Made by a program: the position numbers and the translations under genes
Notes under the pieces: generated by a model
Seen by the model: only the letters and a program-made list of their open reading frames with translations
What the model was told of the DNA's origin: nothing
The model's database searches: none
IMG/VR virus record: IMGVR_UViG_3300047274_000223
Direction: 5' to 3' (one strand)
Length of the DNA stretch: 64,000 bases
Source: a virus
Shown: positions 54,527 to 62,851 of the stretch, in pieces
Position numbering within the stretch: the first letter of the stretch is position 1
Layout of the letters: each line of letters starts with the position of its first letter

Positions 54527-54955
54527 ATGAACCTAGATCAAATTCAGGAGATGTGGAAGAAAGATTCGGAGATGGACTCCGATCTACTCTGCGAAGAATC
54601 TCTGCGTGTACCACAACTACACCAAAAGTATTTTGAATTGTATAACACATTCTCCATGATGAAGAAGGAGAATGAATATAAATTGAAGACTCTAATTAGA
54701 GACAAGTGGAAGTATTACAAAGGTAAGGCTCCAAAAGAGATCTACAAAGAGATTCCATTTGATCTCAAACTTACAACTAAAGATGAAATTGAAATGTTCC
54801 TTGATGCAGATGAGGACATTCAAAAGGCACAATACAAAGTGGACTACATAGATCAGATACTCACCTATCTTGATAGTATTTTGAAAATGGTCAGTAATCG
54901 CTCCTACCAAATCAAGAATGCAATCGAGTGGGAGAGATTTAAATCGGGAGTATAG
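54527..54955 (+). CDS. uvsY: Recombination mediator UvsY
   Basis: SLRVPQLHQKY, KWKYYKGKA, NRSYQIKNAIEW motifs. Confidence 0.93.
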   Translation: MNLDQIQEMWKKDSEMDSDLLCEESLRVPQLHQKYFELYNTFSMMKKENEYKLKTLIRDKWKYYKGKAPKEIYKEIPFDLKLTTKDEIEMFLDADEDIQKAQYKVDYIDQILTYLDSILKMVSNRSYQIKNAIEWERFKSGV

Positions 54956-54956
54956 A

Positions 54957-56432
54957 ATGGATTTGAAGATTCGTAAGAAGAACGAAGTATATTTAAAGAT
55001 TGAAACAGAACCACATATTAACGTTGAGTTAGCAGAATACTTTACCTTTGATGTCCCAAATGCGAAATTTATGCCACAGTTTCGCAATCGCGTTTGGGAT
55101 GGCAAGATTCGTTTATACTCCCCAGGAACAGGAGAGTTATATTGTGGTCTCGTAGAATATCTTGAGGAGTGGTGTAATGAAAGAGGATATACTTACGAAC
55201 ACTCAGAATGTAAGTTCTATGGACATCCCCATGATACTAATGAGTTTGTATCTCCAGAGGCTGTGGTCTCTTTCGTGAAATCTCTTGGTATGCCACATAA
55301 GGTAAGAGACTACCAGTACAGAGCAATCTACGAAGCACTCAAGCACAACAGAAGACTTTTACTATCTCCTACAGCATCAGGTAAATCCCTGATGATCTAT
55401 TCCATCATTCGCTATCATGTGAATGCTGGTAGGAAAATGCTGCTTGTCGTTCCCACTACATCCCTGGTAGAGCAGATGTACAAAGACTTTGAAGACTACG
55501 GTTGGAATGCTGCAGCACACTGCTATAAAATCTACGCAGGTAGAGATAAGTATGGGATTGATGCTGATGTTGTCATTACAACCTGGCAGTCTATTTACAA
55601 AGAAGATAAGAAATGGTTTAATAATTTTGACGGTGTGATTGTTGACGAAGCACACCTAGCAAAAGCAAAATCACTTACAGGTATCATGACTAAGTTGCAT
55701 GATTGTAAGTATCGCATTGGATTTACAGGAACTCTTGATGGAAGCTACACAAACAAGTTAGTTCTTGAAGGTATCTTTGGTAAGTGTAATCAAGTTACCA
55801 AGACAAATGATCTAATGAAAGAAGGTCATCTGAGCAAATTAAAGATCAAGGTTCTTCTACTGAAGCACAAGTTTACCAAGTTTGAATCCTATCAAGATGA
55901 AATTGATTACATTATTTCCCATCCTGGGAGGAATAAGTTGATTCGTAATTTGTGTCGAGATCTAAAAGGAAATACCCTAGTACTCTTCTCTTATGTCGAG
56001 AAGCATGGAGACGTTCTTTATGATCTCATAAATAGTAAGGTAGGCGATACCCGCAAGGTATTCTTTATTCATGGTGGTGTAGATACAGAAGAAAGGGAAG
56101 CAGCTAGACAAATCTGTGAAAAAGAATCAGACGCGATTATTGTTGCTAGTTATGGAACTTTCTCTACTGGGATTAATATCCGCAATCTTCATAACGTTAT
56201 CTTTGCATCACCTTCTAAATCGCGTGTTCGTAATCTTCAATCTATAGGTCGTATTCTTCGTAAGGGAGAAAATAAAAATCAAGCAACTTTATATGATATT
56301 GCTGATGATATCTCATCAAACAACTTGAAAAACTTCACACTAAATCACTTAGTAGAAAGAGTTAAGATATACAATGAAGAAAAATTTGATTATGAAATTA
56401 TAGAAGTTCGTTTAAAAGATTCCTATGATTAA
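54957..56432 (+). CDS. uvsW: SF2 DNA/RNA helicase UvsW
   Basis: RDYQ, SPTASGKS, DEAH, GTFSTGINI, QSIGRILR motifs. The probable start is the ATG at 54957 (GGAG RBS), not 54918. Confidence 0.96.
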   Translation: MDLKIRKKNEVYLKIETEPHINVELAEYFTFDVPNAKFMPQFRNRVWDGKIRLYSPGTGELYCGLVEYLEEWCNERGYTYEHSECKFYGHPHDTNEFVSPEAVVSFVKSLGMPHKVRDYQYRAIYEALKHNRRLLLSPTASGKSLMIYSIIRYHVNAGRKMLLVVPTTSLVEQMYKDFEDYGWNAAAHCYKIYAGRDKYGIDADVVITTWQSIYKEDKKWFNNFDGVIVDEAHLAKAKSLTGIMTKLHDCKYRIGFTGTLDGSYTNKLVLEGIFGKCNQVTKTNDLMKEGHLSKLKIKVLLLKHKFTKFESYQDEIDYIISHPGRNKLIRNLCRDLKGNTLVLFSYVEKHGDVLYDLINSKVGDTRKVFFIHGGVDTEEREAARQICEKESDAIIVASYGTFSTGINIRNLHNVIFASPSKSRVRNLQSIGRILRKGENKNQATLYDIADDISSNNLKNFTLNHLVERVKIYNEEKFDYEIIEVRLKDSYD

Positions 56433-56865
56433 TTACATCCGTCATGACGAAGAGTTTTACTTTTTAGCTAAACTAGTTTCTGGTGAATCTATCATCGGAA
56501 ATGGTTTTGCTATTGAAGAGGGAGGAAGTACCCAAATTTATGTTACTGATCCCGTAGAAGTGCAAGTTGTAACAAGACAACTTGGTGATACTAATAAAGG
56601 AGTCAAGGGAGTATCCATGAATAAATGGATGGAATTCTCTGATGAAGACTTCTTTATTATTAATGAAAAAGATATTATGAGTATTGCTGGGTTATCTCAG
56701 GAAATGATTTACATGTACGAACTTTTCATAAAAAAATCTCCAGATAAGGAGAACATAAAGGATGTTATTGATGAAAAGAAAGTAGATATGGATTCTGAAA
56801 TGGGATTAAAGGGTAGGGTAAATGAAGTAAGAAAGAAATTAGAAGACCTTTATAAAAAGAGCTAA
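56425..56865 (+). CDS. Hypothetical protein (146 aa), possibly Sm-like fold
   Basis: Intact ORF overlapping the uvsW stop. The pattern AKLVSGESIIG...VTDPVEV...KWM...INEKDIMSI is suggestive only. Confidence 0.7.
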   Translation: MINYIRHDEEFYFLAKLVSGESIIGNGFAIEEGGSTQIYVTDPVEVQVVTRQLGDTNKGVKGVSMNKWMEFSDEDFFIINEKDIMSIAGLSQEMIYMYELFIKKSPDKENIKDVIDEKKVDMDSEMGLKGRVNEVRKKLEDLYKKS

Positions 56866-56892
56866 TATATCTCTTGAACCCTGAGCAGAGTT

Positions 56893-56921
56893 ATTCTACA
56901 CAGATTTTAGATAGTTGTCAA
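56893..56921 (-). promoter_or_regulatory. Candidate divergent (antisense) sigma70 promoter TTGACA-17-TAGAAT
   Basis: The minus strand reads TTGACA actatctaaaatctgtg TAGAAT. Confidence 0.6.
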
Positions 56922-56952
56922 GTACTTCATGGCTTGACAACTATTCTTTTTT
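56911..56952 (+). terminator. 12-bp perfect hairpin plus T tract; probable terminator of uvsY-uvsW-orf, overlapping the gp55 -35 box
   Basis: atagttgtcaag-tacttcatgg-cttgacaactat followed by tctttttt. Confidence 0.7.
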
Positions 56953-56962
56953 AGGATATACT
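56934..56962 (+). promoter_or_regulatory. sigma70-type promoter for gp55 (TTGACA-17-TATACT)
   Basis: Consensus -35, 17-bp spacer, near-consensus -10. Confidence 0.88.
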
Positions 56963-56983
56963 CACATTAAATAACCAAATCGT

Positions 56984-57451
56984 ATGATTGAAAAGAAAAA
57001 GCAACATTACTTAGACAATAAAGAGTTCTTAAATGCTCTTGTAGAATACAGAATCAGTGTTGCCAAAGCTAAAGCTGCCGATCTGCCAAAACCAAGAGTC
57101 AATGATTACATTGGCGAATGCTTTTTAAAGATTGCAACACACCTATCATATCGTCCAAATTTTATCAACTACATGTATAAAGACGATATGATTTGTGATG
57201 GCATAGAAAACTGTATTCAATACGTTGATAATTTCGATCCAGAAAAGTCAACCAATCCATTTGCCTATTTTACTCAAATTGTTTACTATGCATTTCTTAG
57301 ACGAATTGCAAAGGAAAAACGTCAGATGGATATCAAAGAAAAATTGATCGAAAGATCTGGATATGAAGAAGTATTCACCTCAGACGGTGATGATATTAAC
57401 AATTCTTACAACCAAATTAAGTCTAACATCGAATACAGTACTAGATATTAA
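56984..57451 (+). CDS. gp55: Late-transcription sigma factor gp55
   Basis: HYLDNKEFL, YIGECFLKIATHLSYRPNFINY, NPFAYFTQIVYYAFLRRI motifs. Confidence 0.97.
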   Translation: MIEKKKQHYLDNKEFLNALVEYRISVAKAKAADLPKPRVNDYIGECFLKIATHLSYRPNFINYMYKDDMICDGIENCIQYVDNFDPEKSTNPFAYFTQIVYYAFLRRIAKEKRQMDIKEKLIERSGYEEVFTSDGDDINNSYNQIKSNIEYSTRY

Positions 57452-57453
57452 TT

Positions 57454-58485
57454 ATGAAAGTTCTCGTTATTACTGATCAACACTTCGGTGTTCGTAACGA
57501 TTCGTTAGTATATGTAGATTACTATAGAAAATTCTATAGTAATGTGGTTATCCCATTTATCAAGAAGTATAATATCAAACATGTTCTCTGTCTTGGAGAT
57601 ACGTTTGACCGCCGTAAATCCGTAAACTTCAATTCACTTGAAGCCGCTAAAGATATGTGGTTTGATACCTTGGAAACCATGGGAGTGCAAATGACCATGT
57701 TAGTAGGTAACCATGATATTTACTATAAAAACACTCTACGAGTTAATGCCCCATCTCTCCTCTTGGGAGAGTATGGCAACATTCAGATTATGGATGGCCC
57801 TGGTGAATTCCTTCTTGGTTCTTTGCCTGTACTTGGCATCCCTTGGATATGTGATGACAATCGATCCAGAACTTACGAACTTCTGGAACAATCTACTGCA
57901 CCTCTCTGTGTGGGCCATCTTGAGTTTAACGGTTTTGAGACTGTGCCTGGAATTGTAATGGAGCATGGAATTGACCAGCAACCATTTAAGAAATTTGATA
58001 AAGTACTTTCTGGACACTTTCATACCAAATCCAGTAAAGGTAATATTTTTTACCTTGGTAATCCGTATGAACTATATTGGAACGATTATCAGTCTCCACG
58101 GGGATTTCATATTCTAGATACTGATACTTTAGATCTGAAGTTCTATCGTAATCCTTATACTATGTTTGAGAAATATTACTATAAGGATGGTGATGAACTT
58201 CCTGAGACAGACAAGTTCTCTGGTAAGTATGTTAAACTGATCGTAGAAGATAAGCAAGATCATGTAAAGTTTGACAGATTGGTTAAATTGCTCTATGATG
58301 CCAATGTTGCAGATCTAAAAATTATTGAAGATCTTTCCATTGAGTTTGAGGGTATTGATGATGATGTGGAAACTGAAGACACTATGACGCTTCTTGAGAA
58401 ATATATAGATGAAGTGGAATGTTCTAATCGAGATTCGATTAAAGGCATTATGAAGTCCCTTTATTTGGAAGCTTGTGAGTATTAA
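57454..58485 (+). CDS. gp47: Recombination nuclease gp47 (Mre11/SbcD-like)
   Basis: ITDQHFG, LGDTFD, VGNHD, GHLE, SGHFH metallophosphoesterase motifs. Confidence 0.96.
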   Translation: MKVLVITDQHFGVRNDSLVYVDYYRKFYSNVVIPFIKKYNIKHVLCLGDTFDRRKSVNFNSLEAAKDMWFDTLETMGVQMTMLVGNHDIYYKNTLRVNAPSLLLGEYGNIQIMDGPGEFLLGSLPVLGIPWICDDNRSRTYELLEQSTAPLCVGHLEFNGFETVPGIVMEHGIDQQPFKKFDKVLSGHFHTKSSKGNIFYLGNPYELYWNDYQSPRGFHILDTDTLDLKFYRNPYTMFEKYYYKDGDELPETDKFSGKYVKLIVEDKQDHVKFDRLVKLLYDANVADLKIIEDLSIEFEGIDDDVETEDTMTLLEKYIDEVECSNRDSIKGIMKSLYLEACEY

Positions 58486-58736
58486 TGTATATACTAGTAT
58501 CTAAAAAGCATGGAGGAGTCTATGCTGTAAAAAATAAGGATGGCCTTAGAACAGTTCAAATATTTGAATCTGAAGATGATGCCGTTCGTTACCATGGACT
58601 CTTGCTTGCTGACAATTTTGATGATACACTAGAGATTGCAGAGTGCGAACCAGAACAAGTCGCACAGAGTTGTGCTATCTATGGTTACAACTATTGTTTT
58701 ATTGAAACTGATGACATTGTATTTCCACCTACATGA
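58485..58736 (+). CDS. Hypothetical protein (83 aa), resembling the DUF3110-like genes found between gp47 and gp46
   Basis: TAATG and ATGA overlaps with neighbours; VQIFESEDDAVRYHGLL motif. The family call is from memory and unverified. Confidence 0.7.
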   Translation: MYILVSKKHGGVYAVKNKDGLRTVQIFESEDDAVRYHGLLLADNFDDTLEIAECEPEQVAQSCAIYGYNYCFIETDDIVFPPT

Positions 58737-60451
58737 TTACTTTTAATACTATTCGTTGGAAAAATTTCCTCTCTACGGGAAACCAATTCACTGAACTTGA
58801 ATTAGATAAGAGTCAATCCACGTTGATTCAGGGATCTAATGGTGCTGGTAAATCAACACTATTGGATGCTTTGTGTTTTGGATTGTTCAACAAGCCATTT
58901 CGTAAGATCAACAAACCCCAACTTGTAAATTCTATCAACGAGAAGGATTGTGTAGTTGAAATTGAGTTTACGATTGGAAATATTGTTTGGCGAGTTCACA
59001 GAGGAATCAAACCTAACAAGTTTGAAGTGTATCGTAATGATGTCCTAGTAGATCAGGTTGCTGCGAATGCAGATCAACAGAAATGGTTGGAGCAGAATGT
59101 TCTGAAAATGAACTTCAAGAGTTTCACTCAGGTTGTTATTCTTGGATCATCCACCTTTGTTCCATTCATGCAACTGACTCCCGCATATCGTCGAGAAGTG
59201 ATCGAAGATATTCTTGATATTCAGATCTTCTCTACGATGAATGTTCTTCTTAAGGATAGGCTTCGTCAGACAATTGAAAGGCAAAGAGAGTGTGGATATG
59301 ATCTTAAGTCTGCAGAAGATAAAGTTAAGATGCAAGAAGAGTACATTCGCAATTCGCAAACAGCGAACGGTGATGTAATTTTAACCAAACAGCAAGAGAT
59401 TGCTAAGATTGAAGAAGAGATCTTTGATCTACAAAAGCAGATCAATATGCTGGAAGCGGAGAATCTTGATATTGATGCTCACACTTCCGAATTTGATACG
59501 ATCTCCAAGCAGATTCGTAAACTAAACGAACTGCATTTCAAAATCTCTCACAATAAAACAGATGCTGAAAAAAATTTAGACTTCTTTCACGATAATGATA
59601 CATGTCCAACGTGTACTCAAACTATCGAAAAAGAGTTCAAAGATCGGAAAATTTCCGATCTTCGTAGTAAAACTCTTCAATATATTGATGGTCTTTCTAA
59701 GATGAAAGACCAACTCGAAGATCTTGATAAGCAATATACTGCTCTTCAAGAACGTAGAGATATTAAGAAGTCAAATGCATCAAAGATTTTTCATCTTTCT
59801 AATATTATCAGCAGAAATGAAAATTCAATTAAATCTCTAAAAAATGAGATCAACCGTCTTTCTGATTCTCCTGATATTGCTAAAATGCAAGGTAAGTTAG
59901 AAGTCTATCGGGAAGAGTATTCTCAGATTGAACAACAATGTGCGGAGGTTTCTAAACAAAAAACTGAGTATGAAGTGATTGGTAATCTACTTAAAGATGG
60001 TGGTATCAAAGCCCAGATCATTAAGAAGTATATCCCTGTGATCAACAACCGTATCAACAGGCACTTGACAAACATGGATTTCTATGTTAACTTCACTCTA
60101 GATGAAGAGTTTGATGAGGTCATTAAGTCTCGCTACCGTGATGAGTTTTCATACGCATCGTTTTCGGAGGGGGAAAAACAAAAGATCGATTTAGCTCTTC
60201 TCTTCACTTGGAGGGAGATTGCTAGAATGAAGAGTAGTGTTTCCACTAACCTTTTGATTCTAGATGAAGTGTTCGACAGTTCCTTGGATGCATCGGGAAC
60301 TGAGGAATTACTTAAAATTCTTAAGAGCCTAGATAGTTCTACGAATACGTTCGTAATCTCTCACAAAGGTGAGATCCTTATCGATAAGTTTGTGAATAAC
60401 ATTCGATTCGATAAGGTATCAGACTTCAGCAAAATCGTTGAGGAAGTCTAG
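58733..60451 (+). CDS. gp46: Recombination ATPase gp46 (Rad50/SbcC-like)
   Basis: Walker A GSNGAGKS, zinc hook CPTC, signature SFSEGEK, Walker B LILDE, H-loop ISH. Confidence 0.97.
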   Translation: MITFNTIRWKNFLSTGNQFTELELDKSQSTLIQGSNGAGKSTLLDALCFGLFNKPFRKINKPQLVNSINEKDCVVEIEFTIGNIVWRVHRGIKPNKFEVYRNDVLVDQVAANADQQKWLEQNVLKMNFKSFTQVVILGSSTFVPFMQLTPAYRREVIEDILDIQIFSTMNVLLKDRLRQTIERQRECGYDLKSAEDKVKMQEEYIRNSQTANGDVILTKQQEIAKIEEEIFDLQKQINMLEAENLDIDAHTSEFDTISKQIRKLNELHFKISHNKTDAEKNLDFFHDNDTCPTCTQTIEKEFKDRKISDLRSKTLQYIDGLSKMKDQLEDLDKQYTALQERRDIKKSNASKIFHLSNIISRNENSIKSLKNEINRLSDSPDIAKMQGKLEVYREEYSQIEQQCAEVSKQKTEYEVIGNLLKDGGIKAQIIKKYIPVINNRINRHLTNMDFYVNFTLDEEFDEVIKSRYRDEFSYASFSEGEKQKIDLALLFTWREIARMKSSVSTNLLILDEVFDSSLDASGTEELLKILKSLDSSTNTFVISHKGEILIDKFVNNIRFDKVSDFSKIVEEV

Positions 60452-60453
60452 AT

Positions 60454-60473
60454 AGAGGGTAAGCCTCTGTTAT
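60454..60473 (+). terminator. Weak hairpin after gp46
   Basis: agagg-gtaag-cctct followed by gttat; poor U tract. Confidence 0.3.
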
Positions 60474-60504
60474 ATCCTTGAGGTATATTACGCTTACTCC
60501 ATCT

Positions 60505-60577
60505 GGGGAATTAGCTCAGTTGGTAGAGCACCTGCTTTGCAAGCAGGCTGTCAGGAGTTCGAGTCTCCTATTCTCCA
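60505..60577 (+). tRNA. trnA: tRNA-Ala (anticodon UGC), CCA not encoded
   Basis: GGGGAAT/ATTCTCC acceptor stem with G3:U70, GCTC/GAGC D stem, CCTGC-TT-TGC-AA-GCAGG anticodon arm, TTCGAGT T loop, discriminator A73 followed by TTC. Confidence 0.97.
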
Positions 60578-60606
60578 TTCATAAGCAACACTTATCGGTC
60601 AACCCC

Positions 60607-60635
60607 TTGACCCTTGGTTCGTTGTGCTCTATATT
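60607..60635 (+). promoter_or_regulatory. sigma70-type promoter (TTGACC-17-TATATT)
   Basis: Correct spacing; upstream of a GAGG RBS and the ATG at 60659. Confidence 0.85.
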
Positions 60636-60658
60636 AGGTACATACGAAACGAGGTCCG

Positions 60659-62785
60659 ATGCCCGTCAACCCTGAAGTTAAAGGAACCCTTGCCAAACTG
60701 CTTGCCACTGAGAATCTGAACGTGGAGCATCGTCAGGTTCCTACTGCGTATTTTGAAGTCGATAACCGTACCCTTTGCCTGCCGATCTGGAAGAACGTCT
60801 CTGGCACCGTCTATGACCTCCTGGTAGGTCATGAAGTCGGTCATGCACTCTATACCCCTGTGGACTACGGTGCGGTCTCTCAGGCAATCCCACAGGACAT
60901 TCTGAACGTGCTGGAGGATGTTCGTGTAGAGAAACTCATGAAACGTCGTTATCCTGGTCTCTCCAAGTCGTTCTATCACGGCTATAACGAGATGAACGAT
61001 ATGGATTTCTTTGAGATTAAGGAGAAAGATCTTGGTAAGATGTCCTTGATCGACCGTATCAACATCCATTACAAGGTTGGTGTTGTTGGCAATCGCACCA
61101 TCGTTCCTTTTGAACGTGATGAGATTGAGTGGGTCAATCGTGCTGCTGAGACTGAAACCTGGGATGATCTTGTGGATCTTGCTTTTGCTCTGATGGATTA
61201 TCTGAAGCAGAAGAAAGTTGAGGAGAAAGAAGTTCCTGCTCCTCAGACTTCTGGTGGTGGTGATGAACCTCAACCTCCCCAAATGCCTGGTAGTTCCAAT
61301 ATGGAAACTCAAGGTAATTCTACTCAAGGTTCTGACTTTGAGAATGAGGATGAAGAGTCTACTCCAGATGGGGGTAATTCCACCCCGATTGGGGGTAAGA
61401 ATGAGGTGAACGAGAATGTCTCGGAAACTCAACGTGCTATGGATGAAAATCAGCAGCAACTTGTTGATGAACGTGCAAAGGAATATTTGTACATCAATCT
61501 TCCTAAGTTTGATCTGAGTCAAACGATTGTTCCTTTCAAAACTAACGTTGAGAAGATGAGCAATTCTTTTAATGCTTGGCATCAACGTTCTGATCTGGAA
61601 CGTCCTGTGGAAGAGTATCGTAAGTACAAGAAAGATAGCATCAAGACTGTGAACTATCTTGTGAAAGAGTTTGAGTGTAAGAAAGCTGCAGATCAGTATG
61701 CTCGTGCATCAACTTCTCGCACTGGTGTTCTTGATACTACCCGTCTTCACACTTACAAGTTCAGTGATGATGTATTCAAGAAAGTGACCACCATTCCTGA
61801 TGGTAAGAATCACGGTCTTGTGTTCTATCTGGACTGGTCTGGTTCTATGTCCAGCAGCATGATCTCTACGATCAAGCAATTGTATGATTTGATGTGGTTC
61901 TGTAAGAAGTGTGCTATTCCTTTCCGAGTGTATGCTTTCTCGGATTGTCATGTTAATGATCAACTGTTTCCTGGCAAACCGACTCCTAATAATGAAGGTG
62001 ATTTGAATATCGATCGATCATTCCGTCTGTTTGAGTTCTTCTCTTCTAAGATGAACACTCAAACCTTTGATAAGATGATGGAAGTATTCTTTGTTAATTG
62101 CTGGGGGTTCTATCGTGGTAATTGGTATGATTATGAATATTCTCTCTCTGGCACCCCTCTGGTAGAAGCAATCGTTTCCACCCCTCAGGTTGTCGAGAAA
62201 TTCAAAAGTGAAGAGAAAGTTCAGAAAGTTAACGTGATTTATCTTACTGATGGAGAGGCTTGTACTCCTTGCTATAACAAATACATTCCTGCTTTGAAGG
62301 AAGTTCATTCACAACCCATTTATGGTGATAAAATTACTGTTCTCCGTGATCCTAAGAGTCGGTTTCAAACTCAAATCAATACGGATCGTCATGGAATCAC
62401 TAACACCTTTGTTGGTTATATTTCCAACATCGTGAACTACAATCTGCTTGGTTTCCGTCTTTGCTCCAAGAGTGAAGTTCGTATTCAAGCAAATTACTGT
62501 GAGATGCCTTTTGATGAAGTTGCTAAACTGGATAAAGAGTGGACTAAGAATAAGTCTGTGACCATTAAAGGTTGTGGTTTTAAGGAACTGTATTTGATTC
62601 ATGGTACTGATGATTCTTACAATCGTTATCGTTACTGGAATCCAGATGGAAAGAAAGATTCTAATGAAATTGAAGTGAAAGATGTATCTTCCAAGTCCCA
62701 ACTTACCACTGCATTTAAGAAACATATGAATGGTAAGATGGTCAATAAGGTAATCTTATCAAAGTTCGTGGGTCAAATCGCTTGA
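60659..62785 (+). CDS. Zincin-like metallopeptidase fused to a vWA domain (CobT-like partner of a MoxR ATPase)
   Basis: HEVGH (HExxH) followed by NVLEDVRVE; acidic low-complexity linker; MIDAS motif LDWSGSM, SGTPL and YLTDGE. Confidence 0.88.
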   Translation: MPVNPEVKGTLAKLLATENLNVEHRQVPTAYFEVDNRTLCLPIWKNVSGTVYDLLVGHEVGHALYTPVDYGAVSQAIPQDILNVLEDVRVEKLMKRRYPGLSKSFYHGYNEMNDMDFFEIKEKDLGKMSLIDRINIHYKVGVVGNRTIVPFERDEIEWVNRAAETETWDDLVDLAFALMDYLKQKKVEEKEVPAPQTSGGGDEPQPPQMPGSSNMETQGNSTQGSDFENEDEESTPDGGNSTPIGGKNEVNENVSETQRAMDENQQQLVDERAKEYLYINLPKFDLSQTIVPFKTNVEKMSNSFNAWHQRSDLERPVEEYRKYKKDSIKTVNYLVKEFECKKAADQYARASTSRTGVLDTTRLHTYKFSDDVFKKVTTIPDGKNHGLVFYLDWSGSMSSSMISTIKQLYDLMWFCKKCAIPFRVYAFSDCHVNDQLFPGKPTPNNEGDLNIDRSFRLFEFFSSKMNTQTFDKMMEVFFVNCWGFYRGNWYDYEYSLSGTPLVEAIVSTPQVVEKFKSEEKVQKVNVIYLTDGEACTPCYNKYIPALKEVHSQPIYGDKITVLRDPKSRFQTQINTDRHGITNTFVGYISNIVNYNLLGFRLCSKSEVRIQANYCEMPFDEVAKLDKEWTKNKSVTIKGCGFKELYLIHGTDDSYNRYRYWNPDGKKDSNEIEVKDVSSKSQLTTAFKKHMNGKMVNKVILSKFVGQIA

Positions 62786-62810
62786 CCCCTGCTCCCAGAT
62801 GCCCTATACT
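62782..62810 (+). promoter_or_regulatory. sigma70-type promoter (TTGACC-17-TATACT)
   Basis: Correct spacing; the -35 overlaps the stop codon of the upstream gene. Confidence 0.85.
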
Positions 62811-62851
62811 ACTAAGGTAATCGACGGGAGCACCCCCTCAACCCCATCATC

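Noticed and set aside
54918-54956. Upstream uvsW start given in the ORF track
   Set aside because: It overlaps uvsY by 38 nt; the ATG at 54957 has a GGAG RBS and directly follows the uvsY stop.
43831-60451. Introns, inteins or homing endonucleases in gp17, gp18, gp20, gp23, uvsW and gp46
   Set aside because: The ORFs are continuous and of ordinary length, with no LAGLIDADG, GIY-YIG, HNH or intein splice motifs seen.
60478-60675. 65-aa plus-strand ORF in the track
   Set aside because: It reads through the tRNA-Ala gene and the downstream promoter, so it is a shadow ORF.
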